From Nitrospirota bacterium (GTDB taxonomy: Bacteria > Nitrospirota > UBA9217), in contig OY760142.1 of NCBI GenBank assembly GCA_963663225.1, forward strand, positions 2,208,001 to 2,272,000: a stretch of DNA of 64,000 nucleotides. Reading direction: 5' to 3'. How positions within the stretch are numbered: the first letter of the stretch is position 1; the number at the start of each line of letters is the position of its first letter. A model generated the notes under the pieces. It was not told where the DNA came from. It saw only the letters and a list, made by a program, of their open reading frames with translations, and made no database searches. A program made the translations under genes and the position numbers. Shown piece by piece: positions 39,838 to 50,883 of this stretch.

Positions 39838-40782
39838 ATGAAATCCGGCGACGACCAGAAAAAAACAGAAAACACCAACCGCGTCCATGATTGCATCATT
39901 ATCGGCGCAGGCCCCGGCGGCCTGCAGGCGGCTATCTATCTGGGTCGCTACAACAGGGACGTCCTTGTCCTGGACCGGGGCGGAGGAAGGACCTGGCACG
40001 CGCAGCACATTGAAAACGTTCTGACTCATCCGGAAATCGCGGGACGGGAGATCATAGAGCTTGGAATTGAGCAGGCAAAACAGTTCAATGTGCAGGTTGA
40101 GCGCGTGCGCGTAACGACGGTGAAGAAGGATGAAGTATTCACCGTACTCACCGAAAGAACGGTATTTCGCTCGAAATTCATCATAGCAGCGTCCGGCGTG
40201 TACGACATTCTCCCACCCATCGAAAATGTGCATCGGTTTCTGGGGACAAGCTATTTCACCTGCATTGATTGCGATGGATACAAAACCAGGAATAAAAAGA
40301 CCATCGTCATCGGCAGTTCGCTCCATGCCTACAGCCTCGCGCTTATTGTAAAACGGATATTCACCAGTAATGTCACCTTCATTCCCTATCAATTCAACCT
40401 TGTGCAGTCATTTGCAGAGGTGCTGCGCGACGAAGGTGTTGCGCTGATTCTGAAAAAACCCGTGCGCATCATCGGCGGGAGCGCGATCGAGGCACTGGAG
40501 CTTGAGGACGGAGAACGCATCCCCTGCGAAGCCATCATGTCTCATTTCGGCTTCAGGCTGAACGATGATTATCTGGCAGGACTTAATTTGCAGAAGGACG
40601 CTGTTCGGTTTAAATACGTCACGAACAGCGCGTATGAGTCATCATTGGGCGGCCTTTACATCGTGGGGCCGCTCAATACCGGCCATGATCAGGTCATTAT
40701 TGCTGCCGGAGAAGGAGCGGTCGCGGCGCTGGACATCAACAAGCGGCTGCTGGAAGAGATGTGGGGGAAACGACATCCATGA
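39838..40782 (+). CDS. Thioredoxin reductase-like FAD/NAD(P) oxidoreductase
   Basis: IIGAGPGG, CIDCDG redox motif, QVIIAAGEGA. Confidence 0.85.
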   Translation: MKSGDDQKKTENTNRVHDCIIIGAGPGGLQAAIYLGRYNRDVLVLDRGGGRTWHAQHIENVLTHPEIAGREIIELGIEQAKQFNVQVERVRVTTVKKDEVFTVLTERTVFRSKFIIAASGVYDILPPIENVHRFLGTSYFTCIDCDGYKTRNKKTIVIGSSLHAYSLALIVKRIFTSNVTFIPYQFNLVQSFAEVLRDEGVALILKKPVRIIGGSAIEALELEDGERIPCEAIMSHFGFRLNDDYLAGLNLQKDAVRFKYVTNSAYESSLGGLYIVGPLNTGHDQVIIAAGEGAVAALDINKRLLEEMWGKRHP

Positions 40783-40853
40783 CCACGCAAAAGGCCATCG
40801 ATTATTTCCCCGGTCCTTTGCTCCGGATATCAGCGCGATGCATCATTTGCGAT

Positions 40854-43448
40854 TCAGGAATCCAGAACAGTTCGTATTTTTGACAGCAGGACCTTCGGCG
40901 GCACGGGCTTGTTGATCAAGGTTGTTTTCTCGGGGATTGTTCCACCCTGGACCAGCATCTGTGCTGTATATCCGCTCGAAAAAATGATTTTGATGTCCGG
41001 TCTGATTTTTCTGATTGCTTCGTAAGCTTCCCTGCCGCTTTTTTTAGGCATGATTACATCAAGAATTACCAGATTGATGGCTTCTTTGTGATCGCTGAAT
41101 TTTTGTATCGCGTCTTCCCCGTCGCGTGCGGTGATGACGGTATACCCCTGCTGGCTGAGTATAATCTCCGTAAGCTTGCTTACTTTTTCGTCATCTTCCG
41201 CCACGAGAATGGTTTCCGTTCCACCCACGGGCAGAGCCGCCTCTGTCTCTGTTTCGCGGGAAGCGTTTTTTTCCGAGTGCGCCACCGGAAGATATATATG
41301 AACGCAGGTGCCGTTTCCAGGCTCGCTGTAGAAGGTTATGTATCCTTCATGCTGCTTTATGATGCCGTATACCATGGCAAGTCCCAGGCCGGTTCCTTTT
41401 CCCGGTTCCTTGGTCGTGAAAAACGGGTCGAAGACTTTTTCCAGCGTTTCCTTTGTCATACCCGTTCCGGTATCGCATACTGAAATCAACGCGTAGATCC
41501 CCGGCTTACCGGTGCCGTGAGCGCGGATGAAGGCCTGGTCCAGTTCCACCAGTTTGGTACGGAAGTTAAGTTGCCCTCCCTGCGGCATGGCGTCCCGTGC
41601 ATTGGTCGCCAGATTCATGAGCACCTGCTCCATCTGGCTGGCGTCGGCCAGGGTGATGATTTCTTTGTCCGCAAGGTCGGTGGTCATTTCAATGTCTTCA
41701 CCGATGATCCGGGAAAGCAGTTTCTTGAATTTCAGGATAAGATCATTAATGTTCAGCAATGTGGGATTCATTACCTGCTTCCTGCTGAAGGCCAGGAGGC
41801 TCCGGGTGACTTCGGCAGCCCTGCCGCCGGCCGTCAGTATCTGTTCTGCATATTCCCTGGCTGTCGCATCAGTGCCGATTTTTCTCTTGAGAAGTTCTCC
41901 ATATCCCAGTATTGCCGACAGAACATTATTGAAATCGTGCGCGATGCCGCCGGCAAGCTGGCCGACCGCCTCCATTTTTTGCGCCTGCTTGAGCTGCTGC
42001 TCAAGTCTTTTGCGTTCGGTGATGTCATGGTTTATCCCGCGATATGCAATGATAACGCCTTCGTCGTTCCGCAGCGCGGTGACCGTGGAAAGGACCGTCA
42101 GCTTTTTCCCGTCTTTCCTCTTGAATTCCAATTCATAATCCTTGACAAAGCCTCTTTCTTCGAGGACTTGCATATAGGCTTTTCTGTCTTCGGGATTTAC
42201 GAAGATATCGGTATTGATGTCCAGGCGCAGCATTTCTTCCTTCGAGGCATAGCCAAGCAGGTCTATAGCCGCCGGGTTTACATCAAGATACCTTCCTTGC
42301 GGAGTGCTGATGAATATTGCGTCTTTCGATTCTTCGAAGAGTGTCCGGTAGTTTTTTTCCGATTTTTTGCGCTCTTCGTTCTGGCGTTCAAGTGCCTCCG
42401 CCATTCCGTTAAAACTGTCGCCCAGCTGGCTTATTTCGTCATGATGTCCGGCCACGTTCACCCGGACACCCAGATTCCCCTGCGAAAGATCTTCAGTGGC
42501 TTTTGTGAGTACTTTCATGCGGCGCAGGATGAAATAGCTCCCCCCGATCCACGCGAGGGCAAGGGTCAGCCCGGCTATAACCAACAGCGTCAGAAGGCTT
42601 TTCATCAGGGTCTGATTAATCTTGAAAAACGCCGCGGCGCGGGAGGTGCCGAACACAACATGCATACCGTTGTCCGTTCCCTGCACCGGAGTGAACGCAT
42701 AGATCCGCCACATATCGTCCACACCCCTGTCCACGCTAATGCCCTCGTTCTGCATAAGGATCGCCTGAGCGAGGCTATACCGGGCAACGCTTTTTCCCAT
42801 CCAGGCATCGGGGTCAGGATAGCGGTAGAGGAGAGTTCCACTGTGGTCCACGATGGTCAGAGTGGACTGGTCAGGCAGCTTTATTTTATTCAATTGTTCC
42901 TTGAACCAAGCGAGGTCAATGGCGACATATACAACGGCTTTCAGAACGTGCGTTTTATCAAGTACCGGCGACGCTAATAGAATTGTCGGCCTATTATCGA
43001 TCCTCGACAGTTGATACTCGCCGAGCGTCAATTGCTTTTTTTGAACCGCGGTTTGAAAATAAAGCCGATCAGAGACATTTACCTTTTTTTTGAGGGGAGT
43101 GGCGCTGCAAAAGATGTCACCTTTGAGGTCTATCGCCGCTATATTGCCGTACATGGGCAATTTCTTTTTGAAATCGGCGAAATAAGCGTTGCACGAGGCA
43201 GCATCATGGTTCTGGACGGCGGGCAGCTCCGAGAGGACTTCAAGAATCTGGTGGGCGCCTTCTAAAAGCTGTTCGATATTATTGGCGGCCAGTTTTGCCG
43301 TCCGCATTGTTTCAGCGCGTATCTCTATCTCTTTTTGGTTTCGCTGCTCCGAGGCGGTGTATACCAGAAGACCGAGGGTCGGAATAATTGCAAGAATGAC
43401 CAATATCAAGAGGCGGGCGCGAAGGCTTGAAGAAAAAAAAGCAGACAT
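40854..43448 (-). CDS. Hybrid sensor histidine kinase (Cache-HAMP-PAS-HisKA-HATPase-REC)
   Basis: GIAHDFNN H-box, NLATNARDAM, FFTTKEPGKGTGLGL, ILDVIMP. Confidence 0.93.
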   Translation of the reverse strand: MSAFFSSSLRARLLILVILAIIPTLGLLVYTASEQRNQKEIEIRAETMRTAKLAANNIEQLLEGAHQILEVLSELPAVQNHDAASCNAYFADFKKKLPMYGNIAAIDLKGDIFCSATPLKKKVNVSDRLYFQTAVQKKQLTLGEYQLSRIDNRPTILLASPVLDKTHVLKAVVYVAIDLAWFKEQLNKIKLPDQSTLTIVDHSGTLLYRYPDPDAWMGKSVARYSLAQAILMQNEGISVDRGVDDMWRIYAFTPVQGTDNGMHVVFGTSRAAAFFKINQTLMKSLLTLLVIAGLTLALAWIGGSYFILRRMKVLTKATEDLSQGNLGVRVNVAGHHDEISQLGDSFNGMAEALERQNEERKKSEKNYRTLFEESKDAIFISTPQGRYLDVNPAAIDLLGYASKEEMLRLDINTDIFVNPEDRKAYMQVLEERGFVKDYELEFKRKDGKKLTVLSTVTALRNDEGVIIAYRGINHDITERKRLEQQLKQAQKMEAVGQLAGGIAHDFNNVLSAILGYGELLKRKIGTDATAREYAEQILTAGGRAAEVTRSLLAFSRKQVMNPTLLNINDLILKFKKLLSRIIGEDIEMTTDLADKEIITLADASQMEQVLMNLATNARDAMPQGGQLNFRTKLVELDQAFIRAHGTGKPGIYALISVCDTGTGMTKETLEKVFDPFFTTKEPGKGTGLGLAMVYGIIKQHEGYITFYSEPGNGTCVHIYLPVAHSEKNASRETETEAALPVGGTETILVAEDDEKVSKLTEIILSQQGYTVITARDGEDAIQKFSDHKEAINLVILDVIMPKKSGREAYEAIRKIRPDIKIIFSSGYTAQMLVQGGTIPEKTTLINKPVPPKVLLSKIRTVLDS

Positions 43449-43764
43449 GTTGTTCTTTCACTACTCTGGTGGATAACGCAACACCAACCGGAAAAGAAAA
43501 GTGCTTACCCCCAGTCTTCTTTTTACTCCCAGAAATAATACTAATATACTACTCCACCTGCAAAAATAAATAAAGTAAAAAATATAAATTCAAATTTTCA
43601 TTGGCCATCAGCTGCAGAGGTAATCAGGCGGTTCACAGTCGTGTCTTGTCAGTTTTAGCTTTACGGCGACTTCGAAAAATATTTATGGCTTTAACTGTAC
43701 GGCAACTTGGAGCGTAAGCGTATGGCTTCCGTTTTTTACGATAATCTGCGCTTTGCCGGATCCG

Positions 43765-44772
43765 CTATTCCCATCGGAAAATCATGGAGCCAATGGAAAG
43801 GAAAATTGCCGTCATGATCACAAGAACCACCAGGTGAGGCGCAATGTCCGTAAAGCCGGCCCCTTCGGTCATGATCGCGCGGGCGCCGTCAACAACGTGG
43901 GTGAGCGGCAGAAACTGGGCGATTTTCTGGATAAGAGGATTTGTGCCTTCGAGCGAAAACCAGACGCCTGAAAGCAGCATCATGGGCCAGGTAAGAAGGT
44001 TCAGTATGCCGCCTGCCAACTCTTCACTTGACAACCGGGCGGCAACGAGCAGCCCGAGCGATATCAGGCAGATTGCTCCGATGACGGAGACGAGAAACAG
44101 GTTCACATACGAACCACGCATCTGGAAATGAATGAAATAATCACAGCCGACATAGACAGCTACGGTAATCGTCTGGATCAGGAGCAGCCGCGACATCATC
44201 TGGGCAAGCAGGAACTCAAACGGCCGGAGCGGAGTTGCTTTCAGGCGTTTTAAAAATCCATTCTTGCGGTACCGTACGATCACATATCCTACTCCGAAAA
44301 GACAGCTGAACATCATGTTCATGGCAAGGATGCCCGGAACAACCCAGTCTACGTATCGGATCTCGCGCCCCTGGACCGTCAGCCGTTCATAATCCGTATT
44401 CGCGGATCCTTTGAGCAGGCGTTCTAGTACGTATCCGTTCGGTGCGTTTTCATTGATCCAGTAACGCTTTCCGGAACGCAGATCGATCAGCATGTCGAGC
44501 TGAAAATGTTCAACCTTATCGACGGCCTTGTCCGGATCTTCAACCGGAATGAACTGAACGTACTTCATCTCGAAAAAAACGGTTTCTGCCGGTTGCAGGG
44601 CGGCGATATCGCCCATGACGCCGACCTTGAACATCGGCTTGGGTTCTCCGGAAAAGACGACGGCAAACCCGAGAACAAGCAGAAGCGGAAAAAAGATATT
44701 CCAGCCGAACGACGACTTGTCTCTGATAAACTCCATGTTCCTGGCATGCAGGATGGCCAAAAAACGTTTCAT
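43765..44772 (-). CDS. ABC-2 type permease
   Basis: YVDWVVPGILAM, LKRLKATP, LSGVWF, LPLTH. Confidence 0.9.
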   Translation of the reverse strand: MKRFLAILHARNMEFIRDKSSFGWNIFFPLLLVLGFAVVFSGEPKPMFKVGVMGDIAALQPAETVFFEMKYVQFIPVEDPDKAVDKVEHFQLDMLIDLRSGKRYWINENAPNGYVLERLLKGSANTDYERLTVQGREIRYVDWVVPGILAMNMMFSCLFGVGYVIVRYRKNGFLKRLKATPLRPFEFLLAQMMSRLLLIQTITVAVYVGCDYFIHFQMRGSYVNLFLVSVIGAICLISLGLLVAARLSSEELAGGILNLLTWPMMLLSGVWFSLEGTNPLIQKIAQFLPLTHVVDGARAIMTEGAGFTDIAPHLVVLVIMTAIFLSIGSMIFRWE

Positions 44773-44793
44773 AATTTCTGTTTTCCGATGTGC

Positions 44794-45678
44794 TCAGCTC
44801 CGCAGCTGTTTGCCGGTGAGCGCAATAAACAAGTCTTCCAGGCTCCATGACCGCATGTTCATGCGAGACAGTGAAACCCCGTTGTCCAGCAGCTTTCTGA
44901 TCGTGCCGTCGATATCGTGTGTTTGTATCTCCCGCCAGCCGGGCTGGTTTGAAGCGCGAAATTCCATCCAACCATTGTTGCCGGTCAGATCTTCCTCCGG
45001 GATCTGCAGCACAACATCGCCGAAGTGCTCTTTCAGCAACTGTTCCGGTGTCCCCTGTGCAATGATTTTTCCCTTGTCCATGAAGGCGATTTCGTCGCAG
45101 AGCGTATATGCTTCCTCCATATAGTGCGTTGTAAGAACAATGGTTTTATTACGTGACTTGATAAGATTGATCAAGTCCCAGAAATTCCGGCGGGACTGCG
45201 GGTCGAGTCCGGTCGTGGGTTCATCGAGGAAAAGCACTTCCGGGTCGTTGATCAGCGCGAGGGCCATAAGCAGCCGCTGGCGCTGTCCGCCCGAAAGCTT
45301 GCGCGTGTCGCGGTCAAGAAACTCATCAAGACTGCAAAGCCGGATGATTTCTTCCAGAGGCATGGAATGGGGGTACAGTTCTCTGAACAGTTTCAGCGTT
45401 TCTTTGACAGTCAGAAATTCCTGGAGCGAGGTCACCTGAAACTGGATTCCGGCTTCCTTGCGGAATGTTTGGCCTGCAGGCGCGCCTTTGTAGAGTGTAA
45501 ATCCGGAATCCGCCGGTTTAATGCCCTCGATTATCTCAATGAGCGTTGTTTTGCCGGCTCCGTTCGGGCCCAGCAGTCCAAAGCAGATGCCTTGCATGAT
45601 GGAGAGGGTCACGCCGTCCACGGCCCGGACGCCGGGATAGATTTTTGTGAGGTTGTGTGTTTCGATTATCGGTGCCAT
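44794..45678 (-). CDS. ABC transporter ATP-binding protein
   Basis: GPNGAGKTT, LSGGQRQR, FLDEPTTGLDP, TTHYMEEA; start set at ATG 45678, downstream of the promoter. Confidence 0.92.
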   Translation of the reverse strand: MAPIIETHNLTKIYPGVRAVDGVTLSIMQGICFGLLGPNGAGKTTLIEIIEGIKPADSGFTLYKGAPAGQTFRKEAGIQFQVTSLQEFLTVKETLKLFRELYPHSMPLEEIIRLCSLDEFLDRDTRKLSGGQRQRLLMALALINDPEVLFLDEPTTGLDPQSRRNFWDLINLIKSRNKTIVLTTHYMEEAYTLCDEIAFMDKGKIIAQGTPEQLLKEHFGDVVLQIPEEDLTGNNGWMEFRASNQPGWREIQTHDIDGTIRKLLDNGVSLSRMNMRSWSLEDLFIALTGKQLRS

Positions 45679-45700
45679 ACTGTTCCTAATCCATAAAAGT

Positions 45701-45729
45701 ACAGTAACATGCTGTTTTTTTACTGTCAA
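45701..45729 (-). promoter_or_regulatory. Sigma-70 promoter of the ABC operon
   Basis: Minus strand TTGACA-N17-TACTGT with TGn extended -10. Confidence 0.6.
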
Positions 45730-45863
45730 GTACACCTGAAATATCCGTCAATCCCTGCGAGAGAGAATCTTCCGCTCCTGTCAGAAGAGGACTCCACTTC
45801 TTGATTTATGCCGCGAAGTAGGATATCGTATATATAACAGGTTCCCCAAAAGGAGCGAACGGA

Positions 45864-46661
45864 ATGGGTATGAAAATGCCGGTACTCTTTATCGGGCATG
45901 GTTCGCCGATGAATATTATTCTGACGAACAGCTATACCAGACGTCTTGTCTCACTGGGGAAGCGCATTCCGCGGCCCCGGGCGATTCTGGTTGTCTCAGC
46001 ACACTGGCTTACGCAAGGAAGTTTCGTGGCATGCACGGACCGTCCCCGGACGATCCATGATTTTTACGGGTTTCCGGAAGAGCTTTACCAGATGCGCTAC
46101 CTTTGCTCCGGCTCTCCTGCTGATGCGCGGTTTGTTGCGGAATCGGCTCGGGCTGCACCGGTCGTCTGTGATGGGGGCTGGGGACTTGACCATGCGGCAT
46201 GGGCTGTGCTGAAACATATGTATCCGGCGGCGGATATTCCCGTGTTCGAGATGAGCCTTGATTATACCTACAATGAATGGCATCCAAAACCGATCCGGTA
46301 TCACTACGAACTCGCGAAAGAACTCAGGACGCTTCGCGAAACGGGTGTGCTGATAATCGGGAGCGGTAATATCGTGCACAACCTCTCGTTGATTGATTTT
46401 GGTGATATGGACGCGGAGCCGTTTCCGTGGGCGCAGGAATTCGACGAACAGGTGAAGGCAAACCTCCTTGCCGGAAATCATCATGATTTGATCAACTACC
46501 GGAATCTGGGAAAAGCTTCGGAGCTTGCCGTTCCGAGTCTGGATCATTATCTTCCGATGATTTATGCGATCGCACTTCAGGACAAAAATGAACCGCTTAC
46601 CTTCATCCACGAAGGATTTCAAAACGCCTCCATATCCATGAGATGTTTTCAAATCGGCTGA
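45864..46661 (+). CDS. ygiD: 4,5-DOPA dioxygenase extradiol (LigB family)
   Basis: LFIGHGSPMN, VSAHW, TIHDFYGFP, WGLDH, GSGNIVHNL, DHYLP. Confidence 0.88.
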   Translation: MGMKMPVLFIGHGSPMNIILTNSYTRRLVSLGKRIPRPRAILVVSAHWLTQGSFVACTDRPRTIHDFYGFPEELYQMRYLCSGSPADARFVAESARAAPVVCDGGWGLDHAAWAVLKHMYPAADIPVFEMSLDYTYNEWHPKPIRYHYELAKELRTLRETGVLIIGSGNIVHNLSLIDFGDMDAEPFPWAQEFDEQVKANLLAGNHHDLINYRNLGKASELAVPSLDHYLPMIYAIALQDKNEPLTFIHEGFQNASISMRCFQIG

Positions 46662-46734
46662 TCCGAAGTCCGCTTCCCAGAACAAGGGTATGATAGTGAC
46701 AAGCGTAAAATTCAGAATTAATGAATGAGAAAAG

Positions 46735-47976
46735 GTGCGTGCAGTGCGGGAAAACAACGGAAAAATCGAATATCGCGCATGGGTGGTTTTTGCAACGGCA
46801 ATCTGCATCAATCTGACCCTCGGGGTCAACTATTCCTGGAGCGTCTTTAAAAAAGCACTGGTCAATGACTGGCATTGGACAAACGTGCAGGCGTCATTGC
46901 CGTATACGGTTTACGCGACCATTTTTTCGCTTGTTATGGTTTTTGCAGGAAGAATGCAGGACAAAGTGGGACCGCGGAAAGTGGCCACACTGGGGGGGAT
47001 CATCGTCGGAATAGGATTGATCTCCTGCAGTTTCACCACAACGCCGTTGCTTATGGGATGTGCTTACGGACTGACCGGAATCGGTTACAGCCTTGCTTTT
47101 TCTACGACAATGCCCGCAAGCGTCAAATGGTTTCCTCCCGGGAAAAAAGGCTTGATTACCGGCATTGTAGTCAGCGGCTCGGCATTGGCTTCGGCCTATT
47201 TCTCTCCTCTTGTCAACTGGCTGGTAGGTCTCTACGGCATTGCCCACGCCTTTTTGGTGCTGGGAATCGGGGTCTCTCTGGTTATTACGGTGATGGCGCA
47301 GTTTTTAACGAATCCTCCCCCGGACCATCAGCTGCAATACGGAAGCAGCGATGCAGCAGCACACGGAGCATCAGCCGCCGCTGCACGGGAAGTTGACTGG
47401 CGAGGAATGATCAGAACGGAAGTGTTTTACAAGCTGTGGCTTATGTATTTTTTTACCGCTTCAGCGGGTTTGATGATCATCGGACATATTGCCACGATTG
47501 CGCAGACGCAGGCGTTCTGGGAAAACGGGTTCTATCTCATTATCGTGTTCGCCGTGTTGAACACGATCGGCAGGTTGATCTCGGGCTATGTTTCCGACAC
47601 GTATGGACGGCCGAAAATACTGATGGTCGTGTTCTTGCTGCAGGCTGCCAACCTGATTTCTTTCGAAAGCTACACGACTCCGGCCCTCCTCGTGCTCGGG
47701 ACGGTAGTGACCGGTATCTGCTACGGCGCGTCTTTTGCGCTGTTTCCGCTCGCGACTGCGGATTACTACGGCCTGAAACATCTCGGCGGCAATTATGGCC
47801 TGGTGTTTACAGCCTGGGGTTTTGCCGGTCTTCTTGGCCCTCTGGCGGCCGGCTGGGCAGTTGACCTGACCGGGACATATTCCATCGCGTATATGCTCTC
47901 GGCCGCAACGCTCTTTATCGCTCTTGCGCTGCTCATGACGATGAAATCAAAGACCGGCGGGCAAGGGCGTACGTGA
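46735..47976 (+). CDS. OFA-family MFS transporter (oxalate/formate antiporter-like)
   Basis: YSWSVF, GRMQDKVGPR, KWFPPGKKGLITG, NYGLVFTAWG. Confidence 0.88.
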   Translation: MRAVRENNGKIEYRAWVVFATAICINLTLGVNYSWSVFKKALVNDWHWTNVQASLPYTVYATIFSLVMVFAGRMQDKVGPRKVATLGGIIVGIGLISCSFTTTPLLMGCAYGLTGIGYSLAFSTTMPASVKWFPPGKKGLITGIVVSGSALASAYFSPLVNWLVGLYGIAHAFLVLGIGVSLVITVMAQFLTNPPPDHQLQYGSSDAAAHGASAAAAREVDWRGMIRTEVFYKLWLMYFFTASAGLMIIGHIATIAQTQAFWENGFYLIIVFAVLNTIGRLISGYVSDTYGRPKILMVVFLLQAANLISFESYTTPALLVLGTVVTGICYGASFALFPLATADYYGLKHLGGNYGLVFTAWGFAGLLGPLAAGWAVDLTGTYSIAYMLSAATLFIALALLMTMKSKTGGQGRT

Positions 47977-48022
47977 ATCCGCAGGCTTGGCTGTTTTATA
48001 CGCTGGAAAAAGAGTGGGGAGT

Positions 48023-49063
48023 TTACCCGGACCGTGGCATTGCCCTGAGCTGACCACAGGCCGCATGGATGTCCCGGCCGCGGCTGCTTCTGACCACGGC
48101 CACGAAACCATGATTGAGCAAAAAGTTGCGGAAGGCGTAGACGCGGCTTTCGTCGGGCCGCTCGAACGCAGCGCCTGGAAACGGGTTGAACATGAGGATG
48201 TTGATCATGCAGGGTATTCCGCTCAGAAGTTTCATAAGCCTGATCGCGTCTCTGTCCGAATCATTGATTCCTTTGAAAAGGACGTACTCGATTGTGACGG
48301 TGTTGCCCGTGCGCTCGCTGTAAGAGCGAAGCGCAGCCATCAGGCGGGCAAGGGGATACGTTCTGTTGATGGGCATGATGCTGTCCCGTATTTCGTCCGT
48401 TGCCGCATTCAATGAGACGGCAAGGCTCGCGTCAATTTCACCGGGCATGCGTTCTATCGCGGGCGCGAGCCCGCACGTGGAGAGGGTGACCTTTTTGGGA
48501 GAGTAGCCCATTCCGTCCCGGTCAATGAGTATTCTGATAAATGACTTCACTGCCTGGTAGTTGCTGAGCGGCTCTCCGGTCCCCATGAGCACAATGTTGG
48601 TCAGGGGAAGGTTGGAAAGTTTTTGGGCCGCGAAGACCTGGTTCACCATTTCAGCCACGGTCAGGTTTCTTGTCAGGCCACCGGAGCCGGTAAGGCAGAA
48701 AGTACAGCCGGATGAGCAGCCTACCTGTGTTGAAACACAGAGTGTGACCCGGTCTCCGGTACCGGGAATAATGACCCCTTCCACGGTGTTGCCGTCATCC
48801 AGTGCATACAGAAGTTTTCGGGTGCCGTCCGATGAAACGATCTGGTCTTGGACGGTAAGTGACGATATTGTACAATGTCGCGTCAACTGTCCCCGAAAGG
48901 GCAGATTCAAATCCGCCATGCCTTCTATTTCTTCAATCTTCTTCCGGAACAACTGAATTGCTACGCGGGTTCCCTGACCGGGTTTTTGGGACAGATTTTG
49001 CGTGCAGTACTGCTCGATTTCGTCAGGAGTGCAGCCTTTAAGGTCAATACGATTGGTATGCAT
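48023..49063 (-). CDS. rlmN: RlmN-family radical SAM RNA methyltransferase
   Basis: CVSTQVGCSSGCTFC, MGTGEP, AVSLNA, DIHAACGQL; start at ATG 49063 because the longer ORF overlaps dtd. Confidence 0.9.
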   Translation of the reverse strand: MHTNRIDLKGCTPDEIEQYCTQNLSQKPGQGTRVAIQLFRKKIEEIEGMADLNLPFRGQLTRHCTISSLTVQDQIVSSDGTRKLLYALDDGNTVEGVIIPGTGDRVTLCVSTQVGCSSGCTFCLTGSGGLTRNLTVAEMVNQVFAAQKLSNLPLTNIVLMGTGEPLSNYQAVKSFIRILIDRDGMGYSPKKVTLSTCGLAPAIERMPGEIDASLAVSLNAATDEIRDSIMPINRTYPLARLMAALRSYSERTGNTVTIEYVLFKGINDSDRDAIRLMKLLSGIPCMINILMFNPFPGAAFERPDESRVYAFRNFLLNHGFVAVVRSSRGRDIHAACGQLRAMPRSG

Positions 49064-49197
49064 ATGGTTTATGATTGGGGCGTCGGCAATATGCTTTGTG
49101 CCGTACCGGGATATTAATCCGGATCGCCTTGCTTTGCAAGCAGATAGTATGAAAATCCATTGACGCTGCACGGGGAACATGCTAAGAATATGTCCAT

Positions 49198-49668
49198 ATG
49201 AAAGTACTGCTCCAAAGAGTGTCGTCCGCGCAAGTTTCGGTTGGCGGCAGGGTGATCGGTGAAATAGGGCAGGGACTGCTGGTTTTTTTCTGCGCGGTAA
49301 AGGGTGACTCGGACCGCGACCTGGATTATCTTGCAAAAAAAGTTCTGCAGCTCAGAATATTCGAGGACGAGCAGGGAAAGATGAACCTCTCGGTCATGGA
49401 TATCAAAGGAGCCGTGCTCGTTGTTTCTCAATTTACCCTGGCCGCTTCCACGATCAAGGGCAATCGTCCGTCATTCGATGCCGCGGAACTGCCGGAGCGC
49501 GCGCGGAACATGTATGAAGCATTTGTGAATAAATTACAAGCGGCGGGAGCGGATGTCCGGACAGGGGAATTTGCAGCCACTATGGCCGTTTATCTGGTGA
49601 ATGACGGGCCGGTGACTATTTCTCTCGATTCACGCGAGAGAGACCGGCCACTGGAAAAACATCCTTGA
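49198..49668 (+). CDS. dtd: D-aminoacyl-tRNA deacylase
   Basis: LQRVSSA, LRIFED, VSQFTL, KGNRPSF, NDGPVT. Confidence 0.96.
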   Translation: MKVLLQRVSSAQVSVGGRVIGEIGQGLLVFFCAVKGDSDRDLDYLAKKVLQLRIFEDEQGKMNLSVMDIKGAVLVVSQFTLAASTIKGNRPSFDAAELPERARNMYEAFVNKLQAAGADVRTGEFAATMAVYLVNDGPVTISLDSRERDRPLEKHP

Positions 49669-49693
49669 CAATTTCCGGCTTTCTCTTTATTAT
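49665..49693 (+). promoter_or_regulatory. Sigma-70 promoter of tRNA-Leu
   Basis: TTGACA-N17-TATTAT, 14 nt before the tRNA. Confidence 0.7.
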
Positions 49694-49707
49694 GTCAACT
49701 CACGCGT

Positions 49708-49794
49708 GCCGAAGTGGTGGAACTGGTAGACGCGCTGCGTTCAGGGCGCAGTGGGAGCAATCCCGTGGGGGTTCGAGTCCCCCCTTCGGCACCA
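49708..49794 (+). tRNA. tRNA-Leu (anticodon CAG)
   Basis: GCCGAAG/CTTCGGC acceptor stem, TGGTAGA D-loop, CTGCG-TTCAGGG-CGCAG anticodon arm, long variable arm, GTTCGAG T-loop, encoded CCA. Confidence 0.97.
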
Positions 49795-50164
49795 AATTAT
49801 AACCCATCTTTTTCCTATCTCCCGGACAATTTCTTTTTGCTTTTCTCTTATAAAGTCATTTCTATAACTCAATGTCTGTTCAATTAGTAAATTTGTTCTG
49901 AATTAAATATTAATAATTTAGAATGTATCAAAATGCATTTTATTGTACGAATGTGCTTAGTTTTTTTTCTTGTAATATTTGCCATTTTTCGATAATCTCT
50001 ATGCGAATAGAATCCTTTAATACAAATTCCTACGACGATTTAATGCACTCTCCCGTGAGTATTTGTGATCTCTTTTCAGCCGTAGAAAACAGCGAATGAT
50101 GCATGTAGATTCCAAGCCTTATCAAAAAGTGAAAACCGGACAATACTATGGAAGGAGCATAAAC

Positions 50165-50524
50165 ATGTGGCAAGAGAGAAGGTGCAAAATTCTGTTCACG
50201 ATAGTCTTTTGTTTATTCATAACATCTTTGCAGGCCTGTCATACCATAAAATTTGAAGTAGAGAGTGTTCCGCATGAAAAGGTAGTCGAGGATACGAACT
50301 GGTTTTTTGTTGAAGGATTGTTCCCGACCCGCGATATTGATGTGTCCTTGAAATGCCCATCTGGAACCGCAGCAATTAAAGAACAAACGACGTTTCGTGA
50401 TGGTTTTATAAGTTTTATATCCCTTGGTATAGCTACTCCAAGGTCTGTATGGTATTACTGCCTTCCTGAAAAACGCCTTGAGAATAAGCCAGTTGTAAGG
50501 CAATTAAAGGAGGGAACGCTATGA
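50165..50524 (+). CDS. Bor/Iss-family lipoprotein
   Basis: Lipobox LQAC; WFFVEGL..IDVSLKC..EQTTFRDGFISFISLGIATPRSV..YC; RBS AAGGAG before ATG 50165. Confidence 0.7.
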   Translation: MWQERRCKILFTIVFCLFITSLQACHTIKFEVESVPHEKVVEDTNWFFVEGLFPTRDIDVSLKCPSGTAAIKEQTTFRDGFISFISLGIATPRSVWYYCLPEKRLENKPVVRQLKEGTL

Positions 50525-50883
50525 GAAAAATAATTCTAGTGCTTATCGTCATGCTATCCATCTCCGGTTGTTATCGAACCGTTTACTTGAACGTTCAAGG
50601 AGATAAGAATCCAACTAAGGTGACTCTTGAGCAGATAGAAAAACTTCCTGACTATGAGAATTCAGATTGGCTGCATTACTTTGTAAATGGATTAGCGCCT
50701 GACGAAAGAATTATTAACGCGGCACAAACGTGTGGTGGTGCTGAACATATCACAGGAATCACTACACGACAGACCTTCCTTCAAGGATTGGTTCACGGAG
50801 CTACCACATACTATGTGGTGAGCATCTACACCCCCTACGATGGTCATGTGGTGTGCGACAACACTAAAATATCCAAGCAGTAA
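50521..50883 (+). CDS. Bor/Iss-family lipoprotein
   Basis: Lipobox ISGC; HYFVNGL..INAAQTCGGAE..TRQTFLQGLV..IYTP..VC. Confidence 0.72.
   Translation: MRKIILVLIVMLSISGCYRTVYLNVQGDKNPTKVTLEQIEKLPDYENSDWLHYFVNGLAPDERIINAAQTCGGAEHITGITTRQTFLQGLVHGATTYYVVSIYTPYDGHVVCDNTKISKQ

Noticed and set aside
49064-49336. N-terminal extension of rlmN in the ORF track
   Set aside because: It overlaps the divergent dtd gene and its upstream region; RlmN similarity begins near ATG 49063.
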